A DNA stretch of 63,785 nt, the filler included, from Chiloscyllium plagiosum (taxonomy: Eukaryota): NCBI RefSeq assembly GCF_004010195.1. It is 4 parts of one record of this genome, joined end to end, with 100 filler letters (N's around TTAATTAATTAA, not from the genome) between each part and the next. Parts side by side here need not be neighbours in the genome. Positions count along the whole stretch, not along the records: positions 59,807 to 63,785 come from NC_057715.1; 3 more parts are not named here. One strand, 5' to 3'. Position numbers and translations under genes: made by a program. A model generated the notes under the pieces. The model saw nothing but the letters and a program-made list of their open reading frames with translations, did not search any database and had not been told where the DNA came from. Positions 59,985-63,785 of this stretch are shown here, in pieces (position 1 is the first letter of the stretch; each line of letters begins with the position of its first letter).

Positions 59985-61560
59985 TATTAAGGACCCATCA
60001 ATCCCAAACATTTCTAATTAGCTAAACCGACCCGCCATGTGGCACCGTACCAAATGCTTTCTGAATGTTCAAATATACAAAATCAATGGTATTACCCTCA
60101 ACCACTCCCTGTGTCACCTTGTCAATGATCTAACTGGAATGCAGAAGGTTGAGGGGTGGCCTTATAGATGTTTATAAAATAATGAGGGGCATAGATAAGG
60201 AGAATAATAAACCCAGGGTTAAGAGTTCAAAACTAGAAGGCATATTCTTAAGGTGAGAAGAGAACAATTTAGAAAGGATCTGAGGGACAACTATTTCATA
60301 CATGAAAAAGTTTGCACATAAAACAAACTGCCAAAGAATGTGGTAGATGCAGGTAAAATTTGAAACAACTATGAGACATTTCAACAGGTACATAAATAAG
60401 AAAGGTTTAGAGGGCTGTGGGCCAAAGGCAGGCAAATGGATCAGTTTAGTTTGGGTAACTTGGTCTACAGAGACGTGGTGGACTGAAGCATCTGTTTCTG
60501 TGTTGTATGACTCTATGACACTATAAATTTGTCAGACACAACCTGCCCTTGTTAAAACCATGTTGACTGTCTAGTATGAACTTAATGGTGTCTTAGTGTG
60601 TATTTACTTTATCTCATAGAATGGCTTCCATCAGGTTTCCCATTATTGATGTCAAACTGACAGATTCATATTTTCCTGGGTTGGTCTTTTCCCCTTTCTT
60701 AAATGTGGAGGTACTGGGAGTGGATTGGAGTGGGCAAAGTCAGAAGTCAGACAACACCAGGTTTAGTCCAACAGATTTATTTGAAATCACAAGCTTTCAA
60801 AATATTGCCTCTTCATCAGGTTAAGCGAGAGAGAAGCACACAGCATAGAAGCAGAGTGATCAATGAGCAGAAAGATTAAAAGATCATACAAATGGTGTGT
60901 GTGGAGTGCTGACAGTTGAATAACAAGCAAAAGGATGATCTATAATCTGAGTAAATGATTTCACCACTCTTCTGTATCTGTAAAATCTTCCTTACTGTCC
61001 TGTTTTGACACCATCACCTTAATGAATTCTGATCTCTCTACCTTAATTAGTTTGTACAGTTTTGATTACTTATTACTTTGCTCAGACCCTCGACATGCGA
61101 CTCTTATACTTATTATGATATTCCAATCATTTGGCTCGTCTCCAGCACCACCTTTTTTTTTGCAATTATCTGACTACCTCATTTAATCAATTATAGGTCA
61201 TCCCTTTGTTTGTTATTTCAAATAAACCTGTTGGAATTTAATCTAGTGTCATCTTACTTCTGACCCTTTCTTAAGCAATAATCTTACATTTGTAATCATT
61301 TCTTCAGCAAGACCCAAAAAATTTCTGTCAATGGCTCCATGATTTGCTCCCTTACCTCTCCCAGCAATCGAGGATGCATCCCATGTGGGCCACAAAACAT
61401 CTCTACCTAGAGTGCTGCCAGCTGTTTTAGAACCTCTTCTTTATCTATTACTATATTTTCAACTAAGTCATTGTCGCCATCTTCTAACTTTGTAAAGATT
61501 GAAGCAAAATATTTGTTTAGTGTCTCTGCCATATCCTTTCGTTCAGTGAGCAGCTTATCC
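59985..61560. mobile_element. Old minus-strand CR1 interrupted by a CR1 3' end (60134-60523, +) and a PLE
   Basis: Minus YLNIQKAFGTVPH and KTNPGKYESVSLTSI; plus-strand CR1 tail tgactctatgac. Confidence 0.7.
60703..61263. mobile_element. Penelope family-2 insertion with inverted termini
   Basis: Exact 11-bp TSD ccctttcttaa (60692-60702, 61264-61274); inverted aataaacctgttgga arms. Confidence 0.8.
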
Positions 61561-62694
61561 TAGTTGTTCCATATAGGCCCCACATGATCCTTCACTAATC
61601 TTTTCCTATTAATTGATCAGTTAACCCACTCCAAATTAAAGAAAACCCCGTTATTTCAAAATTGTAACACAAAACTTTCCAGGGCCTCCAACAATAGCAC
61701 TACATGTCTTAATTATAGAGTTTCAAATTATTGTGTCAGCAGCAGCAAGAGTGGACAGGATCGACACACAATCTTGCACACAGCGCACAAGTAAATTCTA
61801 AGATCCCCATTGTGAGCAAGTATATCATATCTCTCACATCGCCGAGAGAGCTAATAACAGTGTTGCTTTGTGTTGATCTAGCAAAAGTGAACCAGAGGTC
61901 ATGACTGTAAGCTTAGAAAACTTCAAGCTAAGTGCAATCCTCACTCAATTTGCAGAATGGATCATGAATAAATGCAATAAATGAAAAATTGACAATAGAT
62001 TTCAATGAAGAAATTGGGTGGAATATCTGTATTTGGCAAAGAGCAGAAGAATAAAATGATGATTAAAAAAGGGAAGAGAGAAATTACAAACAACTTTATC
62101 AGTTCTTCCAACATGAATTAGTTAAGATGAACATGATTGGCAAAAGACTTTCTCTTTGTTCTTTTGTTTTAATAGCCCATTAGGTCTAATGTTAATCTCT
62201 GAGAAAAAGGTTGGCAGCACGATGTTATTATTGTATTATCAAGGTCACTATGGAGGTCCCACCTTACAAACTCACCTTTTGCCTGAGGCACGGTGACCCT
62301 TGGGTTAAATTTACCACGAGACACCTCTCTGTAACAAGAGAATAGTCTTTGGTCCTCTGGGATGATTGTAACATTCACTTCATGTTATTATTGTGAGATC
62401 TTTCAATTATTAAATGTAGCAGGGTCAACACAGCTGAATGGAAAACAAATTAGAAAATGTTAGAAACAAAATATGATATAGAACAACTTGGGCGTGAGAC
62501 ATAAGTACATTAGAAAAGAAAAGTGAAACTTGGAATGCAAGTATTGCTTACTGTTTTCAATAATTTTATCTGTATATTCTGAGTTTCTGTTTCTGTACAT
62601 TCAGAGTTGAATGACTGCAAAGGTTAATTATTATTGTAAATATAATAATTACAATATTGAGCACTTTACTGCTGTCAAATGCACGATTCATGCA

Positions 62695-63315
62695 TTTTGT
62701 GCATTTGTTCATGGGATGTAGGTGTCAGTGGCAAGGCCAACATTTATTACCCATCCTTAATTGCCCTGGGCTGTTCCATGGAATGTTAGGAGTAACCACA
62801 TTGCTGTGAGTCTGTATTAAGATATAGGTCAGATCAGATAAGGACAACAGATTTGCTTCCCTAAAATGTTTTAGTGAACTAGATGGGCTTCTATGACAAT
62901 GGTTACATTAGGCAAGCTTTTAATTGTAGATTTTTATTAAATAGGGTGGCACAGTGGCTCAGTGGTTAGCACTGCTGCCTCACAGCACCAGGGTCCCAGG
63001 TTCAATCCCAGCCTTGATCTGTGTGGAGTTTGCACTTTCTCTCTGTGTCTTCCCACAGTCCAAAGCTGTGCAGGTCAGGTGAATTGGCCATTCTAAATTG
63101 CCCATAGTGTTAGGTGCATTAATCTGAGGGGGATGGGTTGCTCTTCGGAGGGTCGGTGTGAACTTGTTAGGCCGAAGGGCCTGTTTCCACACTTAGGGAA
63201 TCTAATCTAATCTAAATTTTCATCTGCCCGGGGTGGATTTGACAGTACATCTCCAGAACATTGAAGTTTGGGATTCTGGATTACTAACACAGTGACATAA
63301 CCAAGAGGCCACCAG
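62695..63315 (-). mobile_element. Older tRNA SINE split by an HE1 SINE
   Basis: Tail 62695-62940, head 63216-63315. Confidence 0.7.
62944..63215 (+). mobile_element. HE1-type SINE
   Basis: A/B boxes, (aatct)n tail. Confidence 0.95.
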
Positions 63316-63554
63316 CAGCTCAATGAGCTGAATTTGTTCAGGGAAGCAATTAATATGTTTGTTCACAATTCAATAGAAATATAAAATACAAGGAATTAAG
63401 TGAATACGATTGGGTATGAATATTAAAGGTAATTTAGTGAATAGAGTTCTTAATCCATTGTCCTTTTAAGACTGCTTGTGCTCCCCTTCTGAGGCAACAC
63501 TAAGACTCCAAATAAACTGCTAAAATAAAAAAAAACTTTGCAGTTTTCAGTCTG

Positions 63555-63785
63555 GGAGAAAGTGAGGAACTGCAGATGCTGGAGATCAGAGCTGAAAATG
63601 TGTTGCTGGAAAAGCGCAGTAGGTCAGGCAGCATCCAAGGAGCAGGAGAATCGACATTTCGGGCATGAGCCATTCTTCAGGAATGAGGAGGGTGGGCCAA
63701 GCAGGCTAAGATAAAAGGTAGGGAGGAGGGACTTGGGGGAGGGGTGTTGGAAATGCGATAGGTGGAAGGAGGTTAAGGTGAGGGT
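63555..63785 (-). mobile_element. Penelope pLTR with tail and hammerhead motif (runs off the window)
   Basis: gagaaagtgaggaactgcagatgctggag tail; minus CUGAAGA-AUGGC-UCAU-GCCC-GAAAU-GUC. Confidence 0.85.

Noticed and set aside
10511..63215. tRNA genes and recurring ORFs (CGRKPEHPEETHADTGRMCKLHT)
   Set aside because: These are tRNA-derived heads and bodies of HE1 SINEs, not tRNAs or proteins

Overview
Eukaryotic, AT-rich, repeat-dominated DNA with no recognisable host protein-coding gene, so probably intergenic or deep intronic. The repeat complement (14 HE1-type tRNA SINEs sharing a 3' tail with HER1/CR1 LINEs, Deu-domain SINE remnants, Penelope-like elements) points to an elasmobranch, plausibly a carpet or bamboo shark (inference). 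Nearly all tracked ORFs are TE debris. Main content: many CR1 LINE fragments; one Rex1/Babar 3' end; a two-LTR Gmr1-like Gypsy element (gag-PR-IN, no RT/RNaseH) plus a solo LTR of the same family with a 5-bp TSD; an old Gypsy provirus (~36.0-43.9 kb) carrying a deep stack of nested insertions; and at least three Penelope (PLE) families. The most interesting signals are four. (1) Minimal hammerhead-ribozyme cores in the PLE termini, with PLEs inserted as TSD-flanked asymmetric hairpins, some only 130-190 bp long. (2) Several cases where 17-190 bp of neighbouring DNA (from 0-1.3 kb away) was copied, mostly inverted, into or next to a retro-insertion. (3) A five-copy non-coding family sharing the Rex1 3' tail. 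(4) The RT-less Gmr1 element. There are four assembly gaps. Family names come from recalled motifs, not database searches, and boundaries of old repeats are approximate.
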